DNA from: an uncultured Myxococcales bacterium
GTDB lineage: Bacteria > Myxococcota_A > Polyangia > Palsa-1104 > JAEUJZ01
Reading direction: 5' to 3'
Assembly (NCBI GenBank): GCA_964537055.1
Contig: CAZHYV010000004.1
Span: 46,172-110,171 of the forward strand
DNA: 64,000 nucleotides
Each line of letters opens with the position of its first letter. Position 1 is the stretch's first letter. The position numbers were made by a program, and so were the translations under genes. Shown here one piece after another: positions 18,088-27,890 of the stretch. The notes under the pieces were generated by a model. The model made no database searches. It was not told the DNA's origin and worked only from the letters and a program-made list of their open reading frames with translations.

Positions 18088-19923
18088 GTGCATACTTTAT
18101 CTGTTTATTTCAAGCAAATCCATAAAGTTCTCCTTACTATTCTGTTTATAGGAATAGCAAGTTGCTCACGTTCTCAAAACCCCTCTTTGGGGAGTTCCAA
18201 CGCTTCCTTTTTATGTCCCCAAGATGATCTATATGAATCTTGCCAAGCACTGCTCCGGCTTCATCAGCATCAGATCGGACAAAACGGAGGGTGGAAATCC
18301 GAATTATTTCAGCGCACCTGGGTAAAATCATCGAATATTTGCGATTGGCAGGGAGTCCGCTGTAGAGATAAGAAAGTCTTCGAACTCGATTTTACTGGGG
18401 CTGGAATTACCTCACTGCCTGAGCAACCTTTTGCAGGAATGGATGATCTGTCCGAAGTCATGTTAGGCTCTAACTTCATCCGCGTTCTTCCTCAGAAAAC
18501 ATTTGCTAGCCTCCCTTCTTTAACAAAGGTTTTTTTGAACAACACCTTAATTGAAGAAATTCAAGAGAATAGTTTCTCAGGCACATCAAATCTACAAGTA
18601 CTAGAATTAAAACAATCCCCTATTGTCAATGTGCATCCAAATGCATTTGCCGATTTGAAGAAGTTACAGGCACTATCGATTTCTCTTAAGAATCCTCAAG
18701 CTCTTCAAGCAATTCGCCGACTCTCCTCTCTAGAGAGGCTCGACATTCATCTTGATTTTCCAGACCTGCCGGCGAATGCATTTTTGGGTCTTTCGAGTTT
18801 GAAAAAGCTGCTTATCGAAAATTCTAGTCAACTTCATTCTATTTCTGCCGATGCCTTTCAATCATTATCAAATGTAGAAGAGTTCGTCTTTAACACGACA
18901 AATATTGGAGAATTTCCAGCTTTCTTATTTACCCCTCTAAAAAATGTAAGAACTTTATTCTTAGTAGGGCACCCAAGCCTAACCCAAATATCTCCTTTCG
19001 CATTTTCGGCTCTTATGAAGCTTGAATTTCTTGTAATGAGAAATTTCTCTCAGATCCAAGTTTTCCCTCCTTTTCTATTAAGCGATCTAAGTGCGTTAAA
19101 AGTTCTTCAAATGTCTGGGCATCCGTTGTGGAAGTCTATACCCGCTAACTTTTTTGAACATCTTCACACTTTAGAAACCCTACGATTGGAAGATAATGGG
19201 CTGGTAGAATTATCCAGCAAAACCTTTTCTGGCTTAATTAATCTGAAAGAGCTTGAGTGTAACAATAATCAGATCGTGAGTCTTTATTCTCAAACTTTTT
19301 CTACAATATCAGCAGTCAGGGTCATTAGCCTTAGGAACAATAAGATCTCAGTGCTTCCTAGCAATGTATTTTCTGTTATGACGAGTTTAGAAAGTTTAGA
19401 TCTTTCTTCTAATGAAATTTCTGTACTAGATAGGCAATCTTTTTTCGGTCTGCTTCAATTAAAACTACTTAAGTTATCATATAATAGAATTTTTGATCTA
19501 AGTGGAAACGTATTCGAATTTATACCAGCTCTGAGAAGTTTACACCTCTCTTCAAATCCCTTAGCTACCGTTCCGCAGGATCTGCTTTTACCTCTTTCGC
19601 AATTAAGCAATCTTTATTTGTCAGATACATCTTTAAAATCGATTCCAGAAAATTTCTTCAGAAGACAATTGAGATTGATGTGGCTTGATTTATCAAGCAA
19701 TCGTTTAGAAAACTTGTCTACTTCTTTTTTTGAAGAGCTAAAAAATGTGAGACAGCTGTATTTACAAGGAAATCCACTTCAAACAGTCGATGAAAGAAAT
19801 TTCGATTTACTCGAGTCTTTAGTCCATCTCGACTTAACAAATACTCCCGTCTCTACTTCACTCAACCTTAGCTCGATTACATGTTCACGAGCTACTGTAT
19901 TGCCGAACCGAATGTGTTTTTGA
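18088..19923 (+). CDS. eukaryote-like leucine-rich repeat protein with an LRRNT_2-like Cys/Trp N-terminal cap
   Basis: More than 20 LxxLxxLxLxxN repeats. Cap CDWQGVRC. A GTG start at 18088 gives a signal peptide ending LLTILFIGIASCS. The true start is uncertain; the ORF track opens at 17941. Confidence 0.7.
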   Translation: MHTLSVYFKQIHKVLLTILFIGIASCSRSQNPSLGSSNASFLCPQDDLYESCQALLRLHQHQIGQNGGWKSELFQRTWVKSSNICDWQGVRCRDKKVFELDFTGAGITSLPEQPFAGMDDLSEVMLGSNFIRVLPQKTFASLPSLTKVFLNNTLIEEIQENSFSGTSNLQVLELKQSPIVNVHPNAFADLKKLQALSISLKNPQALQAIRRLSSLERLDIHLDFPDLPANAFLGLSSLKKLLIENSSQLHSISADAFQSLSNVEEFVFNTTNIGEFPAFLFTPLKNVRTLFLVGHPSLTQISPFAFSALMKLEFLVMRNFSQIQVFPPFLLSDLSALKVLQMSGHPLWKSIPANFFEHLHTLETLRLEDNGLVELSSKTFSGLINLKELECNNNQIVSLYSQTFSTISAVRVISLRNNKISVLPSNVFSVMTSLESLDLSSNEISVLDRQSFFGLLQLKLLKLSYNRIFDLSGNVFEFIPALRSLHLSSNPLATVPQDLLLPLSQLSNLYLSDTSLKSIPENFFRRQLRLMWLDLSSNRLENLSTSFFEELKNVRQLYLQGNPLQTVDERNFDLLESLVHLDLTNTPVSTSLNLSSITCSRATVLPNRMCF

Positions 19924-19958
19924 AAGATAATTAATTAGTGATCACAGGAGAATTTTCC

Positions 19959-21260
19959 ATGGTGTTTGGATCTATACTTCAAAATCTCCGGAACTTCGGA
20001 TGGCTGCTTGTGACTGTCATAGTTCTTAGCGAATGCTCGAAAACAAGACCACCTTCTGCGGTACAAGAGCAACCTCCTGTTCCCCCAGATCAACAATGTG
20101 CACAGGGACCTCTTTACGATGCCTGTAAATCTCTAATCGCTATTCACGAACTGATGCCAGCCTCCTCTTGGAATATAGGGCATAATAAAACTTGGTTAAG
20201 AAAAAACAATTTGTGTGAATGGGAAGGCGTTTTATGCAATCAAACCTCGGAACGTGTTGTTGGTTTATCGCTGATAGGATATAGTAACGCAATAAATGTA
20301 GTTACATTTCCTCCGTCTGTATTCCTAGGCCTTCGAGATTTAGAAGCGTTAGAAATTTCCCAATTCCACCTTAAACTTCAATCTCAGCAATTTGCTTCTC
20401 TTACCAAATTAAAACGCTTGGTCATTGCCGAGAATTTGATCGATGAAGAGATTCCAGAAACGACCTTTCAAAATCTACGAAGTCTTGAAATTCTAGAGCT
20501 CTCAAAAAATAAGTATAATCGACCTTGGCTTTTACCCACTGATCTATTTCAAGATTTGATCTCTCTTACGCAACTTCATCTTGAGAGAAACGGGTTTCTC
20601 CAAGTTCCTCAAGGGTGGTTTAAATCATTGAAGCAACTAACTTACTTAGATATCTCTGGTAACCAAATTACGGCCTTGTCGCGGGGTATTCTACAGGGGT
20701 TAGAAAATGTGTCGATTTTAGAGGCTGCAGAAAATCAGATTGGAAGCCTTCCTGTAGACACATTCTTTGATATGGCACTGCTAGCACGCTTAAATCTAAG
20801 TAACAACTCTCTTACGGTTCTCCCAGAGCGCTTGCTAGAATCAAATTTATTTCTGCGCTCTATCAATCTATCGGAGAACCAGTTTCATAGTCTGCCTGAG
20901 CTTCTCTTCCGAAATCAAGAATTCCTCCTCAGCCTCGACCTGTCAGGAAATTATTTCCAAAGACCGTTGCCCAACGGTCTCTTTGCAAACTTGTCAAACC
21001 TAGAAGATTTGGACCTAAGCAGAACAGGACTTCAGAAGCTCTCCTCTACTTGGTTTGCACTACCCCGTTTACGAAATCTTCAATTAAGTGAGAATCTTAT
21101 TGTTCTTGACTCTGCTGTGGTATTTGACCAGCTTCGCAACATCCTTTTTATCAATTTGGGAGAAAACAACCTACCAAACACTGCGAGAGTATCTGCAACC
21201 ACTTGTACCCAGCTAAAACTGAACCAGGGATTGATCTATCCTCAATTTCTGTGCCCCTAG
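19959..21260 (+). CDS. eukaryote-like leucine-rich repeat protein (tandem paralogue) with an LRRNT_2-like cap
   Basis: ATG at 19959 with an AGGAG SD. Cap NLCEWEGVLC, followed by ~15 LRRs. Confidence 0.75.
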   Translation: MVFGSILQNLRNFGWLLVTVIVLSECSKTRPPSAVQEQPPVPPDQQCAQGPLYDACKSLIAIHELMPASSWNIGHNKTWLRKNNLCEWEGVLCNQTSERVVGLSLIGYSNAINVVTFPPSVFLGLRDLEALEISQFHLKLQSQQFASLTKLKRLVIAENLIDEEIPETTFQNLRSLEILELSKNKYNRPWLLPTDLFQDLISLTQLHLERNGFLQVPQGWFKSLKQLTYLDISGNQITALSRGILQGLENVSILEAAENQIGSLPVDTFFDMALLARLNLSNNSLTVLPERLLESNLFLRSINLSENQFHSLPELLFRNQEFLLSLDLSGNYFQRPLPNGLFANLSNLEDLDLSRTGLQKLSSTWFALPRLRNLQLSENLIVLDSAVVFDQLRNILFINLGENNLPNTARVSATTCTQLKLNQGLIYPQFLCP

Positions 21261-21276
21261 CTATCTTCAATAAGTT

Positions 21277-22233
21277 TTACAGCGTTCGTATTGGGGAACC
21301 CTCAAGAAATGCTTTAATATCTTCGACCGTCTCTGTAAAATAGGTCCTATAATTAGCCTGCGATACATACCCTAAATGAGGTGTGGCAAGAACGTTTGGC
21401 AATGCCCGAAAGGGGTGATCCTTCGGTAAAGGCTCCATCTCAAATACGTCAAGTCCTGCGCCTGCAATGGATCCCTGTCTTAGCACCTCGATAAGGGCAG
21501 CCTGGTCCACGATTTGGGCTCGCGATGTATTGACCAAAAATGCAGACGGCTTCATCTGTCGAAGCTCTTTTATTCCTAAAAAATTTTGGGTTCGTTCGCT
21601 TAAGATGAGATGAATCGAGACAATATCACTTCGCCGAAGAAGGTCTTCTTTTGAGGGTGAAAGCTCTACACCAGCCGCCTCTGTTTTTTCTTTCGTTAAA
21701 TTTTGGCTATAGGCCAGAACCTTCATCCCAAAGGCACGACCCACCTGAGCAACTTTGGTACCAATCTTCCCAAGCCCAAGCAAGCCTAGTTGCTTTTGAT
21801 AGAGATCTATCCCGATAGAGCTCTGCCAGGAGCCCCCAGTCCTTAATGATTGATTCTCTTTTACCAAATGGCGAGTCAGTCCTAAAATGAGCGCCCAGGT
21901 AAGCTCCACGGGAGGCTCGGAGAAACTACCCGTTCCACAGATCACAATCCCCTGCGCCTTTGCAGCTTCTAGATCGATGGAAGCATTCCGCATACCCGAA
22001 GTGATAAGGAGGCGTAAATTGGGTAATCTTGCAAGAAGAGAGGCACGGATAGGGGTACGCTCGCGCATGATCACAAGAATATGGCAGTGCGAAATTGCCT
22101 TCACTAATTCGTCTTCCTCATCGAAGTGCTGCTGAAAAGAACGAACCTCTACCTGGTTAAAAAGACTCGACCAATCTGCCATCGATAGAGCTGCGTTTTG
22201 GTAGTCATCCAGAATTGCGCAGGAAAGTTTCAT
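21277..22233 (-). CDS. D-isomer-specific 2-hydroxyacid dehydrogenase family (NAD-binding)
   Basis: GLLGLGKIGTKVA Rossmann motif. The start is trimmed to MKLSCAILDD; the ORF track is extended upstream. Confidence 0.75.
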   Translation of the reverse strand: MKLSCAILDDYQNAALSMADWSSLFNQVEVRSFQQHFDEEDELVKAISHCHILVIMRERTPIRASLLARLPNLRLLITSGMRNASIDLEAAKAQGIVICGTGSFSEPPVELTWALILGLTRHLVKENQSLRTGGSWQSSIGIDLYQKQLGLLGLGKIGTKVAQVGRAFGMKVLAYSQNLTKEKTEAAGVELSPSKEDLLRRSDIVSIHLILSERTQNFLGIKELRQMKPSAFLVNTSRAQIVDQAALIEVLRQGSIAGAGLDVFEMEPLPKDHPFRALPNVLATPHLGYVSQANYRTYFTETVEDIKAFLEGSPIRTL

Positions 22234-22493
22234 GATCTGGATCTTGACATTCGATTTCAGAGTCTGGCAAGCTATTTTCGTTTTAGTAACTTGTAGTGAC
22301 AAAAGCAATCGGCCGAATCGTGAATGAGCACCCTCTATTATGATCCTTTCTTTACACTTCTTGAGAAGGCAACTGTTTGCCCCAGCCCACCTTCTTACCT
22401 CACCCATACAGTGTACAATGCAAATGGACATTCCCCTCAGCGTCTTACGACAGCGCAGATGGCTGCGCGTTCGGCCAAGATAAGGAAAAACTA

Positions 22494-25001
22494 ATGTTTG
22501 ATTCTCTGCATACCAAAGATGTAAAAGAACCCTCTCCAGAATCTGAAGACCTACTTACGAAAGAACTCTCTCTAGAACCTCCTATTTCTTCGGTGTTAGA
22601 AGAATCCGCACATATTAAAGTGCCCCCGAAGTCTACACACGATCCCTTAGCAAAAGATTTTAAAGAGCTAGGTGTTCGCTCGGAGATCTTAGAAGCACTC
22701 CAGACGATGGGATTTACCAAGGCGTTCCCCGTACAAAGTCAGACCTTCCATCCAGCCATGATGGGACAAGATCTGATCATACAGGCACGCACAGGCTCTG
22801 GAAAGACGGCGGCCTTTGTGATTCCTCTTGTCCAGGGCCTTCTAGAGCGCCAAGGAACGGCTCAAGCGGGCAGGCCGTACATCCTCGTCCTGGTTCCCAC
22901 GCGGGAACTCGCACTCCAAGTGACAAAAGAATTTCAAAAAATTGCGGCGCATACCTCCATCTCTTCCACTGCTATTTACGGTGGAGCCCCGATGGGAGCA
23001 CAGGTAGATCTTCTTTCTAAAGGCGTGCATGTTGTGGTAGGTACGCCAGGGAGAGTTTTAGATCATCTTCGGCGAGGCACGCTAGATTTTACATCTGTGC
23101 GCACTTTGGTTCTTGATGAAGCAGATGAGATGTTTTCCCGAGGATTTTATGAAGACATCCACGAGCTAATAAAACAGTGTCCCTCTGATAAACAAACTCT
23201 CCTGTTCTCGGCCACCATGCCGGCAGATGTCGAGCGGTTGTGTCAGAAAGTGATGCGTCATCCAACCAAGATTCAGCTCTCAAGCGATTTTGTAAGTGCG
23301 CTTGAGATCGAGCACTCGTACTATATGGTATCGGGGATGGCAAGATGCCGAGATCTTTTGCGGGTTTTAGACATAGAATCGCCCGAATCTGCCATCATTT
23401 TCTGCAATACCCGAGAGGAAACCGCAGAAGTGGCCGAATTTCTACGAGCTCAAGGGCTTTCTGCAGGTTCTATCTCTGGAAGCCTCACACAGAAACAGCG
23501 TGAGCGGGTTATATCCCTGATGCGTGCTGGAAAGATTAGATATTTGGTAGCGACGGACATTGCTGCGCGTGGGATTGATATTAGTCACATTACCCATGTG
23601 TTTAATTACATGTTTCCCGAGTCGTCCGAAGTTTATATTCACCGAACAGGACGTACGGGCCGTGCAGGTCGTGCAGGCAAAGCAATTTCTTTAATTGGGC
23701 CAAGGGAATTAGGAAACTTTTATACCTTCAAGCTCACCTACAAACTTCGTCCAAGCGAAAAAACATTTCCAAAAACAGAGGAGCTCGATGCTCTTCGAGA
23801 AAAGCAATACCTGGCTCGTCTTAAGCAAGAGATTCTACGAGATCCAAGCCCTCTCTTTTATTCCCTGGTACGAAAGCTGAGCCAAACAAAAGAAGGGGAG
23901 CGGTTGCTCGCCGTGCTGGTAGAGAAATTCGTCACGGCCCCGATGGTTACAGAGGAGCTCGATTTCTCCTCAGGCCTCGAAGAGCAAGAGAATCCGCCAC
24001 AGGAAGACACGGCCCTACCCTCAAACGAACGCTCCAAACCGCAAGATCACCCCGCCAGAGAATCGCGACGAGGAAACAGGGAGCCCCGCAATTCTTTTTC
24101 AAAGGAACGCACTGGGAGAGAACAAACTGGGAGAGAACGAACCAGTAGGGAGCAGACCAGCAGAGAACAAATGGGTGATGCAGAGGAACATCATCGATCC
24201 TCTCGAGGTTCTTCTGAACATCGTAGGAAAACTAAAGAATCCCCCTCTCAGGAACGAGGATTCTCTTCTGCTACGGAGAGACCAAGAAGATCTCGTGACA
24301 AACGCAAACAAGAGCAACCCGTTTCGTCCTCGTCTGCAAGCGGTTCTCACACCTCTTTAGATAGAGAGCCAAATTCTTCTAAGGAAAGCTCTTCAAGAGA
24401 AAATGTATCCAAAGAAACCGATTCTTATCAGGTTATACATGAGCCCATCCAGCTAACTGAAGGGCGAGAATACTGGGAAGCCTGGATTGACTCTCGTCAA
24501 CCTGGGCCTTCTCTGTCCGAAGAAATGCAATCTTCAAACGGGCAGGAATCCAACTCCACAAGCGCTACTACACCCAAACCTTCCGCCGAGGAAACATCGT
24601 CCTTTACAGACACTCCCTCGACAAAAGCTTCTCATGCTAAATCCTTACGGAAATCTCGGAATCGGCGGAAACCAACAGGCACCTCGACACAAGAGAATTC
24701 CCAAGCATCCGAACAGCATGCCAAGCAAACTGAAGACATGAAAGACGTCCACTCAAATGCAGATGCTAAAGCAGCTTCCCCACCAAAGGTCTATATTAAT
24801 CTGGGCAAGCGCCACGGATTTACCCAAGAGCGCCTGCAGGAGCTTTTGTCAGCTCAGAACTTACCTCAATTCCCCACGCAGGTCCGCCTCACCCATAGTT
24901 ATCTCTTCCCCACAGAAGAATCCTTAGCCCAAGTGGTAAGTGCTCTTAATGGGCAGGTGGTAGACAATCGTACGATCCTGTGCGAACGGGCTCGGAAGTG
25001 A
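22494..25001 (+). CDS. deaD: DEAD-box ATP-dependent RNA helicase (DeaD/CsdA-like) with a long R/S/E-rich low-complexity linker and a C-terminal DbpA RNA-binding domain
   Basis: Q-motif, AQTGSGKT, DEAD, SAT and HRTGRTGRAG motifs are present. The start is at the ATG with an AAGGA SD. Confidence 0.85.
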   Translation: MFDSLHTKDVKEPSPESEDLLTKELSLEPPISSVLEESAHIKVPPKSTHDPLAKDFKELGVRSEILEALQTMGFTKAFPVQSQTFHPAMMGQDLIIQARTGSGKTAAFVIPLVQGLLERQGTAQAGRPYILVLVPTRELALQVTKEFQKIAAHTSISSTAIYGGAPMGAQVDLLSKGVHVVVGTPGRVLDHLRRGTLDFTSVRTLVLDEADEMFSRGFYEDIHELIKQCPSDKQTLLFSATMPADVERLCQKVMRHPTKIQLSSDFVSALEIEHSYYMVSGMARCRDLLRVLDIESPESAIIFCNTREETAEVAEFLRAQGLSAGSISGSLTQKQRERVISLMRAGKIRYLVATDIAARGIDISHITHVFNYMFPESSEVYIHRTGRTGRAGRAGKAISLIGPRELGNFYTFKLTYKLRPSEKTFPKTEELDALREKQYLARLKQEILRDPSPLFYSLVRKLSQTKEGERLLAVLVEKFVTAPMVTEELDFSSGLEEQENPPQEDTALPSNERSKPQDHPARESRRGNREPRNSFSKERTGREQTGRERTSREQTSREQMGDAEEHHRSSRGSSEHRRKTKESPSQERGFSSATERPRRSRDKRKQEQPVSSSSASGSHTSLDREPNSSKESSSRENVSKETDSYQVIHEPIQLTEGREYWEAWIDSRQPGPSLSEEMQSSNGQESNSTSATTPKPSAEETSSFTDTPSTKASHAKSLRKSRNRRKPTGTSTQENSQASEQHAKQTEDMKDVHSNADAKAASPPKVYINLGKRHGFTQERLQELLSAQNLPQFPTQVRLTHSYLFPTEESLAQVVSALNGQVVDNRTILCERARK

Positions 25002-25064
25002 TTTCGGAATTCACCAGTGCTTGTCTGAGTTGCATCAGTTCTATCTTGGCTGAAAGCTAGGTTC

Positions 25065-25087
25065 ACGTATGCTGACTCAGCATACGT
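25065..25087. terminator. 23-bp hairpin-forming palindrome (acgtatgctga c tcagcatacgt) between the convergent deaD and mutS2 genes
   Basis: Perfect 11-bp arms. No U-tract follows, so a terminator function is uncertain. Confidence 0.3.
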
Positions 25088-25090
25088 AGG

Positions 25091-27634
25091 CTAACGCAAG
25101 TAAAGAATCGTCACCCCTTCTCCCCCCTCTTGAACAGAAGCAGAAGATAGCTCTTTGACTTGGGCATGACGCAAGAAATGAGACCGAATCGCCTCACGCA
25201 AGGCTCCGGTCCCGTGCCCATGGATCACGTAAATGGCAGCTTCTCGGTTTAACAAAGCCTCGTCGAGAAAATCTTCCGTCTTTTGGATGGCATCATCCAC
25301 TCGTTCTCCTCGGAGGTCGAGAGTATTCCCCGAAGTTCTCACCACGACGGGGGCAACGCTAACCTCCTGTATCGGTGAGGAGAAAGCATTAGGGGAATTG
25401 AGAGAGCCCCTGGTTGTTCCAGAAGGGCTCTTCGTGGAAGGAGCACCTTTTGCACCTGCTCCTAAAATATTGGAGTTCGATTCATAGAGATCGTCAAGGC
25501 CTACCTGCAGCTTTAATCCACCTGCCATGATCCAAACCTTCCCACGTTCAGGAGTAGTCAAAAGCGTCCCTTTCTTGTTGAGACTTGCAATGTAAACCTC
25601 TTGTCCCTTAGTAAGTGCAGAGGTTGAAATCTTCTTCTCCAAAGGGATGTCTTTCCTTGGAGTCAGCTCATAGATTTGAGACGACAGATTCTCTAGAGTT
25701 TTCTTTGCAAGCGAGAGTTCCTCTGGATTGGTTTCTGATGTCATTTTCTTCCGCTTCATCTCGCTCCGGACTTCCTCCAGCTGCCTCCGCGCCTCTTGTA
25801 AGGTGCTTACCGCCTGATCGTGCGCCTTTTTCCTTTGTTTTTTCACCTCAAGCTGGGCCTCCTGCACCAAGGCGTTAAACAATGCCGTTTTCTCTTCTGC
25901 CTGCCGCTTTAGATTCTCTACATGATGGCTTGCCTCCTTGAGCTGCTCTTTTTGTGCGGTCAGCTCACGAAGCAAAAACTCAACCCCAATCCGCTCGGAT
26001 TGAACCAGCTGGTAAGTCCTCTGAATGATTTCTTCGGGAAGGCCTAATTTTTTTGCAACTGGAAGTGTTTCAGAAGGTCCCGGAAGCCCCAAATGGAGAC
26101 GGTACGTAGGTTGCAGACGTTCTAAATCGTACCCCACACTCGCATTCACAAACTTATCATTTTCTGAAGCCAGGAGTTTCAAACTAGGGTAGTGGGTCGT
26201 CACCAGCAAGGTCGCCTCCTTGGCCACAAATGCCTCGATGATCGACTGTGCTAAGGCTGCCCCTTGCTCGGGGTCTGTCCCCACTGCAATCTCATCAAGC
26301 AGGATCAGGGTCTCTGGACCAGCGCTTTGTAGGAACCAACATAAATTTCTGATATGAGCAGAAAAGGTAGAGACGTTCTTTTCCAAACTTTGGTCATCTC
26401 CAATATCAGTAAACACTTTCTCAAACCATGGCATGGTTGAGTCCTCATCGACCGGGCAGTGAAGCCCTGCCCGAGCCATGAGCAAGAAGAGTCCTGTAAT
26501 CTTTAGAGCGACCGTTTTTCCTCCAGCATTGGGCCCCGAAAGGATAAGCGCCTGTCCCTGGTCCAAAAAGATATCGTTTGCCACCACTTCAGTGCCCCCC
26601 AGAAGCAGCAGGGGATGTCTAGCGTTTTTTAAGGCAAGTCCTTTTTCAGAGGAATCTTGATGGGCAAAGGAACCTTTTTCATGAAAAGAACCGGATGGAA
26701 GGATCTCCTTATGCGATGAAATAGGCAGAAGCACCAGCGGAGCCGCATCAAGCTGACTCGAAAACTTTGCCGCTGCATGGATCACATCAAGCTCTGCCAG
26801 AATCTGTAAATTTTTGGTAAGCTCAGGCACGTCCTTCGATAAACGATGGGACAATTCTTGTAAAATTCGATGGGTTTCCGCAGCCAGCTCAAGCTGGGCT
26901 AGACGAAGTTGGTTGTTGAGCTCAATCAAGGCCTCGGGCTCCATAAACACTGTGGCCCCTGAAGCACTGGTGTCCTGCACAATGCCTCGCAAGCCCACCC
27001 GCGCCTCTGCCCGCACGGGAAGAACGTAGCGCCCCTCCCGTTGGGTGATATACTGCTCTTGCCATACTGAAGAGAGGGAGGGTTGTTCTAAAAGATGATG
27101 AGCCTTTTTTGTAATATCTTGTTGGGTGCTTTGAAGTTTTTTACGTAGACCTTGCAGCTTCGGTGAGGCGGAATCTTTCACCTCTCCCCGCTCATCGAAG
27201 GTCCTTTCGATCATCGCCACAAGATCGGCACGGTCTACGTACGCTTCAATGACCGAAGACAGCCTTGGAAGTTTCTCTGCATTCGTACGAATAAATTGAT
27301 GAAGCCGTGAGCCCTGCCGAAGGGTTTGAGCAATGACAACAAATTCAGGCCCCTCAAGAATATCACCCTCAGACACACGCAAAAGCCATGGATCGAGGTT
27401 GACGATTCCACCCAATGAAAGAGGCTCACCTTGGATAAGGAGTTCTTTTGCTTCAGAGATAGCCTCTGCCCTCCCCTGTGCTTCTAAAAGCGTAGCAAAA
27501 GGCATGAGTGCCCTTGTCAGCATCTGGCCCTTTTCCGTAGAGCAGTGTTTCTCTAAATAGGCAAGGAGACTCTCCCAACCAAGGTCATCTAACGTTTTCT
27601 GAGAAAAATGAGTCTGTTTTATATGGTGTTCCAT
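25091..27634 (-). CDS. mutS2: endonuclease MutS2 (MutS domains + C-terminal Smr)
   Basis: Walker A GPNAGGKT and an Smr domain with the HGHGTG motif at the C-terminus. Confidence 0.85.
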   Translation of the reverse strand: MEHHIKQTHFSQKTLDDLGWESLLAYLEKHCSTEKGQMLTRALMPFATLLEAQGRAEAISEAKELLIQGEPLSLGGIVNLDPWLLRVSEGDILEGPEFVVIAQTLRQGSRLHQFIRTNAEKLPRLSSVIEAYVDRADLVAMIERTFDERGEVKDSASPKLQGLRKKLQSTQQDITKKAHHLLEQPSLSSVWQEQYITQREGRYVLPVRAEARVGLRGIVQDTSASGATVFMEPEALIELNNQLRLAQLELAAETHRILQELSHRLSKDVPELTKNLQILAELDVIHAAAKFSSQLDAAPLVLLPISSHKEILPSGSFHEKGSFAHQDSSEKGLALKNARHPLLLLGGTEVVANDIFLDQGQALILSGPNAGGKTVALKITGLFLLMARAGLHCPVDEDSTMPWFEKVFTDIGDDQSLEKNVSTFSAHIRNLCWFLQSAGPETLILLDEIAVGTDPEQGAALAQSIIEAFVAKEATLLVTTHYPSLKLLASENDKFVNASVGYDLERLQPTYRLHLGLPGPSETLPVAKKLGLPEEIIQRTYQLVQSERIGVEFLLRELTAQKEQLKEASHHVENLKRQAEEKTALFNALVQEAQLEVKKQRKKAHDQAVSTLQEARRQLEEVRSEMKRKKMTSETNPEELSLAKKTLENLSSQIYELTPRKDIPLEKKISTSALTKGQEVYIASLNKKGTLLTTPERGKVWIMAGGLKLQVGLDDLYESNSNILGAGAKGAPSTKSPSGTTRGSLNSPNAFSSPIQEVSVAPVVVRTSGNTLDLRGERVDDAIQKTEDFLDEALLNREAAIYVIHGHGTGALREAIRSHFLRHAQVKELSSASVQEGGEGVTILYLR

Positions 27635-27890
27635 GATGCTTTAAGAAATTGCTACAACCGTGGCTGGTTGGTCTTTAGTTAAACATGAGGTTTTCTAAGG
27701 ACAAAATTTTCGATGAGGTCGAAAAACTTACCTTGATGCTTATCCTAGCATAAATGGAAGTAGAGGGGCTAACGAGATTTCATTTCAAAAGAAGCGATTT
27801 TTATTTTTATGCAACTAGCTTCTTAAGGGCTCTTACGTTTCCATTACTTTCTCATTGCCGAACCCTTCGTTCCTGTGGTACCGTAATAAA

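Noticed and set aside
22234-22431. N-terminal 66-aa extension of the 2-hydroxyacid dehydrogenase ORF
   Set aside because: The conserved family N-terminus begins at MKLSCAILDD. The extension is Cys-rich junk running through the divergent promoter region.
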